From: Chiloscyllium plagiosum | Taxonomy: Eukaryota | NCBI RefSeq assembly: GCF_004010195.1 | Contig: NC_057718.1 | Span: 40,563,362-40,604,603 of the forward strand | DNA length: 41,242 bases | Reading direction: 5' to 3' | Shown: one piece after another, positions 11,389 to 23,162 of the stretch | Layout of the letters: each line of letters opens with the position of its first letter | Position numbering within the stretch: position 1 is the first letter of the stretch | Notes under the pieces: model-generated | Databases searched by the model: none | Seen by the model: the letters and a program-made list of their open reading frames with translations, nothing else | What the model was told of the DNA's origin: nothing | Position numbers and translations under genes: made by a program

Positions 11389-11708
11389 NNNNNNNNNNNN
11401 NNNNNNNNNNNNNNNNNNNNNNNNNNNNNNNNNNNNNNNNNNNNNNNNNNNNNNNNNNNNNNNNNNNNNNNNNNNNNNNNNNNNNNNNNNNNNNNNNNNN
11501 NNNNNNNNNNNNNNNNNNNNNNNNNNNNNNNNNNNNNNNNNNNNNNNNNNNNNNNNNNNNNNNNNNNNNNNNNNNNNNNNNNNNNNNNNNNNNNNNNNNN
11601 NNNNNNNNNNNNNNNNNNNNNNNNNNNNNNNNNNNNNNNNNNNNNNNNNNNNNNNNNNNNNNNNNNNNNNNNNNNNNNNNNNNNNNNNNNNNNNNNNNNN
11701 NNNNNNNN
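11389..11708. other. Assembly gap inside CR1
   Basis: Run of N. Confidence 1.
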
Positions 11709-12759
11709 AGATCCTGTTGTAATCTGAGGTAACCCTCTTCACTGTCCACTACACCTCCAATTTTGGTGTCATCTGCAAACCTATTAACTGTACCTCTTAT
11801 GCTCGCATCCAAATCATTTATGTAAATGACAAAAAGTAGAGGACCCAGCACCGATCCTTGTGGCACTCCACTGGTCACAGGCCTCCAGTCTGAAAACCAA
11901 CCCTCCACCACCACCCTCTGTCTTCTATCTTTGAGCCAGTTCTGTATCCAAATGGCTAGGTCTCCCTGTATTCCGTGAGATCAAAGCTTGCTAATCAAAG
12001 CTTCCCCCATGGGGAACCTTGTCGAATGCCTTACTGAAGTCCACAAAGATCACATCTACCACTCTGCCCTCATCAATCCTCTTTGTTATTTCTTCAAGAA
12101 ACTCAATCAAGTTTATGAGACATGATTTCCCATACACAAAGCCATGTTCACTATCCCTAATCGGTCCTTGCCTTTCCAAATACATGTACATCCTGTCCCT
12201 CAGGATTCTCTCCAACAACTTGCCCACCACCGATGTCAGGCTCACTGGTCTATAGTTCCCTGACTTGTTCTTACCACCCTTCTTAAACAGTGGCACCACG
12301 TTAGGCAACCTCCAGTCTTCTGGCACCTCACCTGTGACTATCGATGATACAAATATCTCAGCAAGGTGCCCAGCAATCACTTCTCTCTCTTCCCACAGAG
12401 TTCTCGGGTACACCTGATCAGGTCCTGGGGATTTATCCACCTTTACCGTTTCAAGACATCCAGCACTTCTTCCTTTATAATATGGACATTTTGCAAGATG
12501 TCACCATCTATTTCCGTACAGTGTATATTTTACATATCCTTTTCCACAGTAAATACTGATGCAAAATACTCATTTAGTATCTCCCCCATTTTCTGCAGCT
12601 CACACAAAGGCTGCCTTGCTGATCTTTGAGGGGCCCTATTCTCTCCCTAATTACCCTTTTGTCCTTAATGCATTTGTAAAAATTCTTTGGATTCTCCTTA
12701 ATTCTATTTGCCAAAGCTATCTCATCTCTCCTTTTTTCCCTCCTGATTTCCCTCTTAAG

Positions 12760-12829
12760 TATACTCCTACTTTCTTTATACTCTTCTAAGGATTTATACT
12801 CCTACTTTCTTTATACTCTTCTAAGGATT
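12760..12829. repeat. Perfect 35-bp tandem duplication frameshifting CR1 ORF2
   Basis: tatactcctactttctttatactcttctaaggatt at 12760-12794 and 12795-12829. Confidence 0.95.
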
Positions 12830-13242
12830 CACTTGATCTATTCTGTCCATACCTGACATATGCTTCCTTCTTTTTCTTAATCAAACCCTCAATTTCTTTA
12901 GTCATCCAGCATTCCCTATACCTACCAGCCTTTCCTCTCACTCTGACAGGAATATACTTTCTCTGGATTCTCGTTATCTCATTTCTGAAGGCTTCCCATT
13001 TTCCAGCTGTCGCTTTACCTGCGAACATCTGCCCCCAATCAGCTTTTGAAAGTGCTTGCTTAATACCGTCAAAACTGGCCTTTCTCCAATTTAGGACTTC
13101 AACTTTTAGGTCTGGTCTATCCTTTTCCATCACTATTTTAAATCTAATAGAATTATTGTCGTTGGCCCCAAAGTGCCCCCCCACTGACACCTCAGTCACC
13201 TGCTCTGCCTTATTTCCCAAGAGTAGGTCAGGTTTTGCACCT

Positions 13243-13542
13243 TTAAAATGTATGTTTGAGGCTGTGGACAATGAGGGAGAAGGAGGTGAAAGGGGAAGTT
13301 TTACACCTCTTGCAATTGTATGGGTAACTGCCATGGGAGGTAAGTAAGGTGTAGAGATGTTAAAAGTGAGCAAGGAGTGGACAAGAATGTTATGGAGGGA
13401 ATGGTCCCTGTAGAAGACTGACAGTGAAGGGGAGGGGAGTGTGTGTTTGGTTGTGGCATTCTAATGGAAGTGGCAGATATGACAGAGGATCATCCTTTGG
13501 ATGCAGATGCTGGAAGAGTAGAAAGTAAGAACAAGGGGAATC
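13243..13542 (-). mobile_element. Old Penelope-like element, continuation 5' of the CR1
   Basis: ggagggaatggtccctgtagaag...ggaagtggcagatatgacagaggat...aagaacaaggggaat resembles the reverse complement of 6375-6640. Confidence 0.65.
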
Positions 13543-13680
13543 CATTCTAAGGAAGGGTCATAGGACCCGAAATGTTAACTTTGATTTCTCTTTACAGATC
13601 CTGCAAGATCCGCTGAACTTTTCCAGCAACTTCTGTTTTTGTTACTGACTTACAGCATCCGTAGTTCTTTTGGGTTTTTA
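13543..13680 (+). mobile_element. Inverted pLTR at the 5' truncation point of the old PLE
   Basis: cattctaaggaagggtcataggacccgaaatgttaac (decayed HHR, stem II gggtc/gaccc)...ttttccagcaacttctgtttttgtt...cagcatccgtagttc. Confidence 0.75.
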
Positions 13681-15584
13681 ATTAATATTGAACCCTAACA
13701 TTGTTCTGGGACAGTCTATGCACTTTTGCCTTAAAAACATTGAAAGACACTGCCATTTTGATAAACAAGGAGTAGAAAGGTTAAGGATAGTAAGCAGAGA
13801 AATCAGATCAGATCATGATCATATTGAATGGCGGAGCAGGTAGGAGGTGTCGAGAAGCCTATTCTTACACATAACTTGTAGGTTTATAAGTTTGTATCTG
13901 ATGTATTCTCCTTGAATTATGCTTAGACAAATAAATTGCCTGATTTAATCAAGGATGAACATCCTTGTTTGAAAGTTTTAGGGAATATTTAGGCCAACAT
14001 ATTTGTGCATAAGAAGCATAGAATTTCCAAGCGTTACCATTTAATTTTAGTTTTGTTCAAATAGTTTTCTGGCATCGTTTGTCATCCCAACGTTTCAGAA
14101 GCAACTTAGATTGAGTACACTTAGGGCCCAGGATGTAAAACAGGTCTTGAACTGATAATTGCTGGTTGCAAAACTGGGGAGAAATGGTAATTGATCTAGG
14201 TAACTTCCAGGCTTTGGTAGGGAGAGATTAGATATTCTGGGGTGGTGGTGAGGGCAATGGGTTATAGAGGTGACTGCATCCTAGGGAGGGCTTGAGGGAG
14301 TCAGATTAAAAAGATCAGGTCAGCAGATGCACAGGGGGATTGCAGCAATTTAGGGATTTCACCAGTGTGCACAGGAACCCTTCACAGATGCATCCCCATC
14401 CAACTGCTTGTTTCCTTTCTACCTCTGAGATGAAAAAAATTGAGTCCCTGCTCCAGCCACCTGCCCACGTCAACTGGCAGTGTGATATTGTGCTTGGTAA
14501 GTTGGCTTGTAAAGAAGCTCAGTTGCCCATGACTGATTTTAGGTGATACAATAGTGCCAAACATATTTTATGTGTTTTCACACGCCCCCTTTCTGGTGGA
14601 TGTGGGGTGGCATAAGATCCACTTTGATGATTATTTCAAGATGAAAGCATTCTCTGTGTAAGGGCATCTCTGAATCATCCAGTTGAGATTGAGAACTGTA
14701 GTTGAACCGTCTACAGTGTTTTAACATGCTCGATTATATTCTCTATTCTTGAAAACTCAGCCCAGACTGATGTGAGTGCGAGTTAAATTCAGTTCACATC
14801 TCAAACATCATCCTGATTTATCTTCTCATGAGGAATGCTGGAGTTAATAGGATCAATTTTAAAAAACCTTGCATTATTTCAAGTTATTCCTACTAAATGA
14901 GCCTATTTTTATGTGAAATGCATCCCAAGCTCTTAATTTGTTTTTCATTTCTATTCCAAACTGATCCTATTTGAACATTCACACCCGCTAATGAAAAAGC
15001 ACAAATTCTTCATGGTCTCTTTTTGTGGTTTGTATCTCCTTTTCTAGTTCATTCACTTTTATATGAACTGTAGCTCCTCGTTTACGATCCAAATTTTTTA
15101 AAGATTGGCTATAATTGTGTCCACTGCAAGAAGTATTGATTTCAAAGAAAAAATATATGTTTCAGCTCCCTGACTGAGAAAAATACACATTACGAAAACA
15201 GATTCTGAAGTGAATACATAATCTTCAGACATGAAAATCGATTCTGTCTTTCCTATTCATCTTCAAGCTGACAAGCAGTTTTTTTAATTAATTGGACTTA
15301 ATGCCAACAGTAATGCACATCTACACAAGCTTTCTCCTACATTATTTGTTGATACGATGTTTTGAACTAGACTTATTTCTCTGTGAGAAGACTCTAATAA
15401 TTGATTCATGGGTGTGTTTTAATTGCATGTACCTTGAGAGTGGGTTTGGAGGTGAGGGGGCCTATTATATTGAATTGGAGGATGCAAGGTAGGATTCCAC
15501 TGCTTCTCCAGATGCCATCTGAGGTTCACGTAAAGATCTCAATTCTCCACCTTTGGTATTTAACTAGCAGAGGGTGGGGAACAC

Positions 15585-15713
15585 CACCTGATGAAGGGCT
15601 TATATCTGAAACATCGATTCTCCTGCTCCTCGGATGCTGCCTGACCTGCTGTCCTTTTCCAGCACCACACTCTTGACTCTGATCTCCAGCATCTGCAGTC
15701 CTTACTTTCTCCT
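15585..15713 (+). mobile_element. Solo PLE pLTR with HHR core
   Basis: CUGAUGA 15588-15594...gaaacatcgattctcctgctcctcggatgctgcctgacctgctg...ccagcatctgcagtccttactttctcct, closely similar to 60-183. Confidence 0.88.
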
Positions 15714-16244
15714 AACTCACCATGTGTGCCCAGTTATATGCAAACATTGTTTGGGTTACTTGAGGCCTGATATGTAGAATCCCTCAATCAATGACACTAA
15801 TATTGTCTGGCTGAGGGTCTTGAGATCAGCATGCATGCTGCCCTTTCTTCATAGCCCCTTCCTCCCCCTCTTCATATGCCTTGACTCCCTTTCCATAATC
15901 CCCATCCTGCCCTCACTTGCTTTTCCCCTAGTATCCATCCATATTTAGAGAAGGCCCAAACATATTACTTACAGCCTACCACATCTGGTGCCACTGCTGA
16001 TAATGGAGAGCCACTGGCCTCTGATTGTCTGGTAGCTTACAGGGCAGGATTTCACCCTGAGTAGGGGAGGGCATGCGATTAAATATCATCTGTGGAGCTG
16101 GAGAGTTCCTGCTGCCAATTTGAGATTTAATCCCCTTCAGACTCCTGATGATCATTGGGGTTTCTGACAGTTTTCATGGTGTCTGTTGGGCTCCCTTCCA
16201 CCTTCATTAAATTCCACCAAAATGTCCCAGGATAATCAAGATGG

Positions 16245-16892
16245 TGTCACAATGTTGGTCTTTTTACAAGGTTACTATGCCCCTGAATCTTTTCCAGAGA
16301 GGGGAGTAGTTGGTCAGGCTCCAACTAGGCTGCGCTGAAAGGTTTTTTGGGGCCCTTTTTTGTTTACCCTTAACAGATAATGCCTCTGGCCTAAGTCTTT
16401 CGTATCTTAAAAAAACAGTATAGTCAATGGGGAGCGGCCAGCTAACTATGTAGCTAGCCTTTGTTTAGATTAGAATTTTAGATTCAGTTCAACAGAAGTG
16501 TGTGTGAAGAAAGGCTGCTGGGGAAAGTATAGCAGTGCACCCTTTCTCTCAGACTTCAAGCCTGTAATCCCTGGTTTGTCTCAATTTTACTCTTTGTGCT
16601 AAGGGTTGTGTTTATTGGGACTGTCGCAAGTATTTTTGGAACAGCATCATTATGTCAGAATTGTCTGTCAGGTTTTTGGATAAGATAAGTTATCCAGGGT
16701 ATTCTATTTTCTGTTCTTTGTGTTTCATTCTGTAATTTTGAAAATAAGTTCTGTTTGTTTAAAACTTGGCAGTTGGATCAGCTAATTCACTCCGGGAATA
16801 TCCACTATACACTTAACTAAAACAAATTGCCAAGTTATGGTCTGGGCTACCTGCTTAAAAATGTTTTAATATGTCGAGTCTGCTCCATAACA
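16245..16892 (+). mobile_element. Probable solo LTR (~650 bp)
   Basis: Starts tgtcac and ends ataaca (TG..CA, imperfect terminal inverted repeat). AATAA-like signal near 16743. No clean TSD. Confidence 0.5.
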
Positions 16893-17059
16893 AGTGGCCT
16901 CCCTCAGTGCCATTTTTGCTATTTGCTGAACAATGTCAGCACAGAAAGAGACTGTACCCAAGGGCTCGCAATAAAGTGGGAAGTGGGGTATTAACCTGAA
17001 GAGGAGGGAGCAAAACAGAACAACCATTGCTGAATTATCCAACAAAACAGAAATTGAAT

Positions 17060-17150
17060 GGCCACTGGACTTGAAACATTAACCCTGCTTTCTTTCCACG
17101 GATATTGCTAAACCTGCTGAGTCTCTCCATCTATTTCTGCTTTCGCTTCA
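17060..17150 (+). mobile_element. Decayed PLE pLTR remnant
   Basis: cactggacttgaaacattaac...gatattgctaaacctgctgagtctctcc, similar to 4094-4170. Confidence 0.6.
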
Positions 17151-17659
17151 GTTCTTTATTTTATCTTATCATTGTAGAAGTAAAAATTCTCTCTGTTACT
17201 GACAAATATAAACTCAGATGCAAAACAATGACAGTGATTCTTGCACTTTTATTTGATGTAACAGTGAACTTGTGTGTATGCATGTGCGTGTGTGTCTGTC
17301 CAATAGTACCATGGTCCTTCTCTACCGTTACTGTGTGATAAGGATGCGGAAGCCTCCTGGTAGACTTGCTTGTGATTCAGGAGATGACCTACCTTTACAC
17401 ATACAGATTGTGCTGGGGCTAGGCATGTGCTAGAAAAGGTTTGATTGAGAGGAGGTTTCTCCTCATTTGTCCAGGAGAAAGACCACAAAACAGCTGATTA
17501 GTAGGAGTTGGATAGAGACTAGGGAGTCACCTTTCTTGTGTTTCTTCAGTATTCCTTACTGGAGGCTGAAGTACACATTGGTCACTGTCATTAGTGATTT
17601 GAGAACATAACATTACAGTGGGGTCTCTAGTTCTGAATTCCACATTGCGGTATGAAAAT

Positions 17660-17816
17660 GAAGTGCTGCGAATACTGGAAATAAAATTACAGAATTGGCT
17701 TGAAATACTCAGCAGCTCAGGCAGCACCCGTGGAGAGAAAAGCACTGTCAATGTATTGGATCAATTAGCTTTTTTCACAACTGGACCTGAACGTTTCATC
17801 GATCTGAAACATTAAC
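17660..17816 (-). mobile_element. Decayed PLE pLTR with short inverted arm
   Basis: gtgctgcgaatactggaaat...aaatactcagcagctcaggcagcacccgtggagagaaa followed by gatctgaaacattaac. Confidence 0.6.
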
Positions 17817-19740
17817 ATTGCATGGATGTTGTTGTGTCTCCTGATGTCAATCTGGATCAAACTGGCCGTCCTAGACTACTCATTTCCTATTTGCATGAAG
17901 CAAGGCTCTCAAAATGGACTGAAACATCAGCCACCTGAAAACCAAATATCCCAAGATCCTCAGTAACCGCTGGCTCCAACTTATTTCAGGTGGATCTAAA
18001 TTCTTCCCTGCCATTCCAGAAATTTACCAAAAACACACATTATTGTAATATAGATAATGCAAGACTAATCTGTTTCATGCAGGAGAATCATGTGCCTTAG
18101 GCCTCAGTACAGAAAAATATTGGACAATGTAAATGAGTTCAGGAAATACATTTCAGAATGGAGAAAAGCTTGAGGGACATGGTGAGAAAGTGGATGTTTG
18201 GCTTATTGTTAGTGGGTATAGATTATTATGTAATACCTTTTACCTGTTAATAAATGTAATGCTTTTATGCCTGGTTCAAGTGACAACAGAAATGGCCTAA
18301 CACTTAACACTCACAGTCCATGAAGTCATTACAAACCCTAAATGAATTACCACTCCAGAATTCAGGGCCAGCTTTCAATTACACTCCATTTACGGTTTCT
18401 TCCTTAAAAGTGTCAAATGCAAACCAACTGTATTCACAAATCTTCTCAAGGGTCAGTGTTATCAGCATTTCCAGAAAATTGAACCAGCAATCATTGCAAA
18501 AAAAAAATTGCTGACTTAGTTTATTTTGCCACTCAACTTTTCCGGAAAGCAATATGTTGGATTGAGACTCAGTTACACTTATTTTCATTGTTTGGCTGGT
18601 AAACTGAGTGTTACAGTCACCGAAATTCACTGTACCCAGTTTTGTTATATTAGGTTACTGAAACTATTAATAGGATTTTTTTCAGGCCTCCTGATATTCA
18701 GAGTCAGCACAAATCTAACATTCCCTTTTAAGTCTGGTAATAAAACACAGAGCTTTGTTGGAAGCCTGCAGTAAATTAAAGAGCTAGGCACTATCTTAAT
18801 GTTTTCTGTGTGATGCTGCTAAATAGAACTTACCATATGGAACAAATGCAGTTGAACATCACCTCAAATAGCAATCCAATTTTAAATGTATTTTTAGTGA
18901 CTATGCTAGAAACAAAACACAAGTTGGGCCCTTTGTAGGGTTGAGAACAATTTATATATTATGTACACTGTATAATTAATGCCAGGCATACTTACTTATG
19001 GCATCGTTAGACATCACTTTGGTATATTCAGAATCCGAAACCATGATTTGTTTTTTTACTTACATAAATATCTAATTGAAACTCTTGTTTCTTAAACCAT
19101 GATTGTTATGTTCAAAAATTATCCTTTACATCAATAAGACAACTAATGGGAAAACAAAATTATTTTACTTTTTGTATATTGGCTTATAACATGTCTCTAA
19201 GTGCTTTCCATTTAATAAATTTATTGGAAAGAGTCAGAATTCAAAGCGGCAATTTTGGACATAAATAAGATCAAAATAATCACTTTGAGATCAAGCTGTT
19301 AGGAACTTCCTAGTTGTGGTGAGCACCAGTGATGCCCTGAAAGCTGGAAAAGCATTTATCATTGAAAAAAACCTTTGAAGCCAAATCTTACCTTTTTGTT
19401 GGGTTCAATACATTTAACTGGAATTTCAATTAATGCTGTTTCTGCAGATTTTCAGCTGCTTTTCTGGCAAAATCGTATTGAAGAACTCCTGTGTAGATCC
19501 TACTCGTGTGGAGAAAGCTTCCCAGCCTGAATTGTACCTGCATCTGGGAGGTCACCGAAACAGGGGCCAGGGGAGACTATCTCATGTCAAGCACAATTAA
19601 GGTACTTTGATTTAAAAGCCAGGGATTGTATATGGAAGCTGGAGTTTTTAAAATGCTGTAAAAAGTTTAAAATGCCTCCTTTAGTCTTTTTAGAGACTAT
19701 ATGGGACACAGAGGTAGCTGAAAAACCTAATGGTTATTAT

Positions 19741-19781
19741 TGTTTGAATGTACATCACAGTAGGTGATGTACATTCAAACA
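19741..19781. repeat. Perfect 18-bp inverted repeat with 5-nt loop
   Basis: tgtttgaatgtacatcac-agtag-gtgatgtacattcaaaca. Confidence 0.97.
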
Positions 19782-21244
19782 GCAAAACTTAAAATGAGGT
19801 TGGGTGGTTTGTTCCTACATTAACAATACATTTGTCTCATAATAATATTCTTAAAATGGCATTTGTTGGTAAACTTCTTTAAAAGAAGTTAAATTTGTCT
19901 TGGCTTTTTTATAAGGTCCAAACTAAGGGGAATTCTGGGATTGCATGTTGCAATCAGTAGACCTAACGCCAGTCTAAAACTAGATCTTGGGCTGTACCAC
20001 ATTGATGGCAATCAAATGAAATGAATTAAGCAAATAAGAGGAGAAAGAACAACAGGCTGTTTTTTCAAACCTAATTTACGGTCTTGGTTATCTTCAATTT
20101 CTTAAATTTCAGTTTGATGCTATACACAAGATGTTAACAGCTTTCTCTGCTGGTAATCAATGGTTTAATCCGGAGTAATGCTTGTCATTTGGTTGACAGC
20201 TACTATTTTGTTGCTTTCTTTTTAATTAACATGCCATTATTGAAGGACTGTATGTAAACTGAAGAATGTTCATGATCGGACACATTGTTACAATAGGAGC
20301 TGGGAATAATCCAAGGTCACCGGCCACCTTTGTGTACTCCTAAACATGCACACACAGATTTGTAATTGTGTCACGAAGAGGTTAAAAGAATGTACCCTTT
20401 TTATTGTGATTAAAAGTCAAGCCATCTAGATGGCAGAAAAACCTATTGTCTTATTAAAACTGAAAGTCATTCACACTTCTCCCACTGCTAGAGAGCAATA
20501 AAGATGTTGTTAACCGAAAAACTGCATTAAAGAACATATTGTGCATTTTATAATTTCTGGCATGCATGTGTTTCTGAAATGAACAGTTCTTGATCATGCA
20601 TGCTCCTAGTGTACTCAATGGGCTAATAAACCACACATCAGTTTGACCAGGAATGTTGGCAACAGAGGGCATATCAGTGTGTAGTTGGGAATAAGATTAG
20701 GATTATTCCATATTTGTGAGGAATGGTATTCACTGGTTAAACAGAGATAAGAGCTTCTGGCTGCCAAGTGTTCTGGAATAACACACCTATCCAGCCAGGG
20801 ATCTTGGAATTTGTTTGAATCTTGTGCTTGAATGCACTTGCTAATGTGTTCCTTTTGTTCAGCATAAAAAGTCTATTTGTTCAAGAAGATGCAGCACTGA
20901 GCACTAGTATGAGGGTATTAAGAGCTGATCTCAGTAGCAGAATTGACTGATTATGGCTGAAAAGAAAATCTAAAATGGAAAGTTACACAACTGATCTACA
21001 ATGATGTAGAATATTCACTCAAATGATGTAATGCTGTAGTCTTCTGACATCTGTAACTTGTAGCCTAGTACAAATGATGTAGGTACTGGCTCACTGAGTA
21101 GCATGGTCATCTCTGTATCATAAGGGTTTGGCTTCAAATTGTACTCCAGGGCTTCAGCCCAATAATCAAGACTATCAGTTCAGAGCAGGTCAGTTCAGAA
21201 TATTCCATTTTCGGAAAAGATGTTAAACTGAATATCTATCAGGT

Positions 21245-22372
21245 AGGTAAAAACAATGACTGCAGATGCTGGAAACCAGATTCTGGATTAGTGGTGCTGG
21301 AAGAGCACAGCAGTTCAGGCAGCATCCGAGGACAGGCAAAATCCGAGGACAGGCAAAATCGACGTTTCGGGAAAAAGCGCTTCATCAGGAATAAAGGCAG
21401 AGAGCCTGAAGNNNNNNNNNNNNNNNNNNNNNNNNNNNNNNNNNNNNNNNNNNNNNNNNNNNNNNNNNNNNNNNNNNNNNNNNNNNNNNNNNNNNNNNNN
21501 NNNNNNNNNNNNNNNNNNNNNNNNNNNNNNNNNNNNNNNNNNNNNNNNNNNNNNNNNNNNNNNNNNNNNNNNNNNNNNNNNNNNNNNNNNNNNNNNNNNN
21601 NNNNNNNNNNNNNNNNNNNNNNNNNNNNNNNNNNNNNNNNNNNNNNNNNNNNNNNNNNNNNNNNNNNNNNNNNNNNNNNNNNNNNNNNNNNNNNNNNNNN
21701 NNNNNNNNNNNNNNNNNNNNNNNNNNNNNNNNNNNNNNNNNNNNNNNNNNNNNNNNNNNNNNNNNNNNNNNNNNNNNNNNNNNNNNNNNNNNNNNNNNNN
21801 NNNNNNNNNNNNNNNNNNNNNNNNNNNNNNNNNNNNNNNNNNNNNNNNNNNNNNNNNNNNNNNNNNNNNNNNNNNNNCGGAAAGGTGTGGGGAGGGAAAT
21901 ATATCCCTGGTGGTGGTGTCTGTTTGGAGGTGGCGGAAATGTCGGCGGATGGTTTGGTTTATGCGAAGGTTGGTAGGGTGGAAGGTGGGCACCAGGGGCG
22001 TTCTGTCCTTGTTGCGGTTGGAGGGGTTGGGTCTGAGGGCGGAGGTGTGGGATGTGGATGAGATGCGTTGGAGGGCATCTTTGACCACGTGGGAAGGGAA
22101 ATTGCGGTCTCTGAAGAAGGAGGCCATCTGGTGTGTTCTATGGTGGAACCGCTCCTGGGAGCAGATACGGCGGAGGCGGAGGAATTGGGAATACGGGATG
22201 GCATTTTTGCAAGAGATAGGGTGGGAAGAGGTGTAATCCAGGTAGCTGTGGGAGTCGGTGGGTTTGTAGAAAATGTCAGTGTCAAGTCGGTCGTCACTGA
22301 TGGAGATGGAGAGGTCCAGGAAGGGGAGGAAGGTGTCAGAGATGGTCCAGGTAAATTTAAAGTCAGGGTGGA
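21245..22372 (-). mobile_element. Young Penelope-like element, 5'-truncated; middle lost in gap
   Basis: Open frame HPDFKFTWTISDTFLPFLDLSISI..DIFYKPTDSHSYLDYTSSHPISCKNAIPYSQFLRLRRICS. CpGs retained. pLTR 21245-21411 has HHR core (CUGAUGA 21388-21382, GAAACGUC 21368-21361) and a 17-bp tandem duplication (21324-21357). Confidence 0.95.
21412..21877. other. Assembly gap inside PLE
   Basis: Run of N. Confidence 1.
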
Positions 22373-22749
22373 TCACCCTATTTGGATGTCATAACAAAAG
22401 ATTCCATGGTAGCATTTTGTAGGACAACTGACACCTGAGGTCCTGAACAATATTTATACCTTATGCCATAAAAAGCAGATCACCACTCATTGCCATATCA
22501 CTGTTTGCTCTTGGCAAATTAACGTCTGTGTTTCCAACATTACCGCAATAACCACACTTCAAAAGTATTCCAATAACTGCAGTGCTTTGAGACTTTTGAG
22601 AAAAGTGAAAAGTGCCAAATAAATGAAAAATATTTTGAAAACACTTTGTCTTCAAAGCAGTGTCCTTAGTTTGCAATGGACTCTGTGTAATTGTGACCAT
22701 AGGTTATACAGAACTTTGACTCAAGATGTAATGAAATAATTCGAAATAG

Positions 22750-23162
22750 AATGCCTATCCTGACCTTGCCTCAGGTGATCCAAAAGTGTATCACAGCCAT
22801 TGGAGTACTTCTGGATTGTAGTTACTGCTATGATTTGCACACAGCAAAGTCCCATGAACAAAATTCATACAAGTGAGAATGATTGTATGGTGATCTTTGG
22901 TTGAGGGCAAGTATTGGCCTGAACTCCACTGAACTCTCCTGCTGTTTGCTGAATAGACCTATCTGGATCTTTGTTGACATCTCGAAAGGATTCACAACAT
23001 TGGGATTTAACATCTCATTTGGAAGACAGCAGATCTGACAACACAGCACTCCCTCAGTATTCTGCTGGAGTGCAGTCGGACTATACATTGAAATCTTTAC
23101 AACGGAGCTTGAACCTAAATCCTTCTGACTCAGAGGCAGGAGTGCTGGCATGAGGCTAACAC
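22750..23162 (-). mobile_element. DeuSINE (SacSINE1-like)
   Basis: Minus strand: tRNA-like head gcactcctgcctctgagtcagaaggatttaggttcaagctcc, then ctgtcttccaaatgagatgttaaatc...aaagatcc...ggccaatacttgccctcaacca...tgggactttgctgtgtgcaaat. Confidence 0.7.

Larger units (their letters stand above)
10757..13242 (-). mobile_element. CR1 LINE, 5'-truncated ORF2 (endonuclease end, RT) with 3' octamer tail; disabled
   Basis: ORFs 12786-13373, 11991-12440 (KSPGPDQVYPR..NYRPVSLTSVVGKLLE..DFSKAFDKVPH) and 11378-11914 ([26 protein letters not shown]). (AGAGTCAT)n tail at 10757-10776. Confidence 0.95.
21085..22630 (+). mobile_element. Old DeuSINE (SacSINE1-like) split by a young PLE (5' part ~21085-21244, 3' part ~22379-22630)
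   Basis: tRNA-like head tggctcactgagtagca. Deu-domain-like ttttcggaaaagatgttaaac...aaaagattccatgg...tcctgaacaatatttat...cacttcaaaagta...gctttgagac. Homologous to the reverse complement of 22750-23160. Confidence 0.6.

Noticed and set aside
11277..11742. ORFs spanning the first N-run
   Set aside because: Length is an artefact of the assembly gap.
19447..19601. Plus-strand exon-like segment (ctgcag|...aag|gtactt)
   Set aside because: All three frames contain stops. A non-coding exon cannot be excluded but is unsupported.
21291..22061. 256-aa plus-strand ORF
   Set aside because: Mostly Ns and antisense to the PLE.
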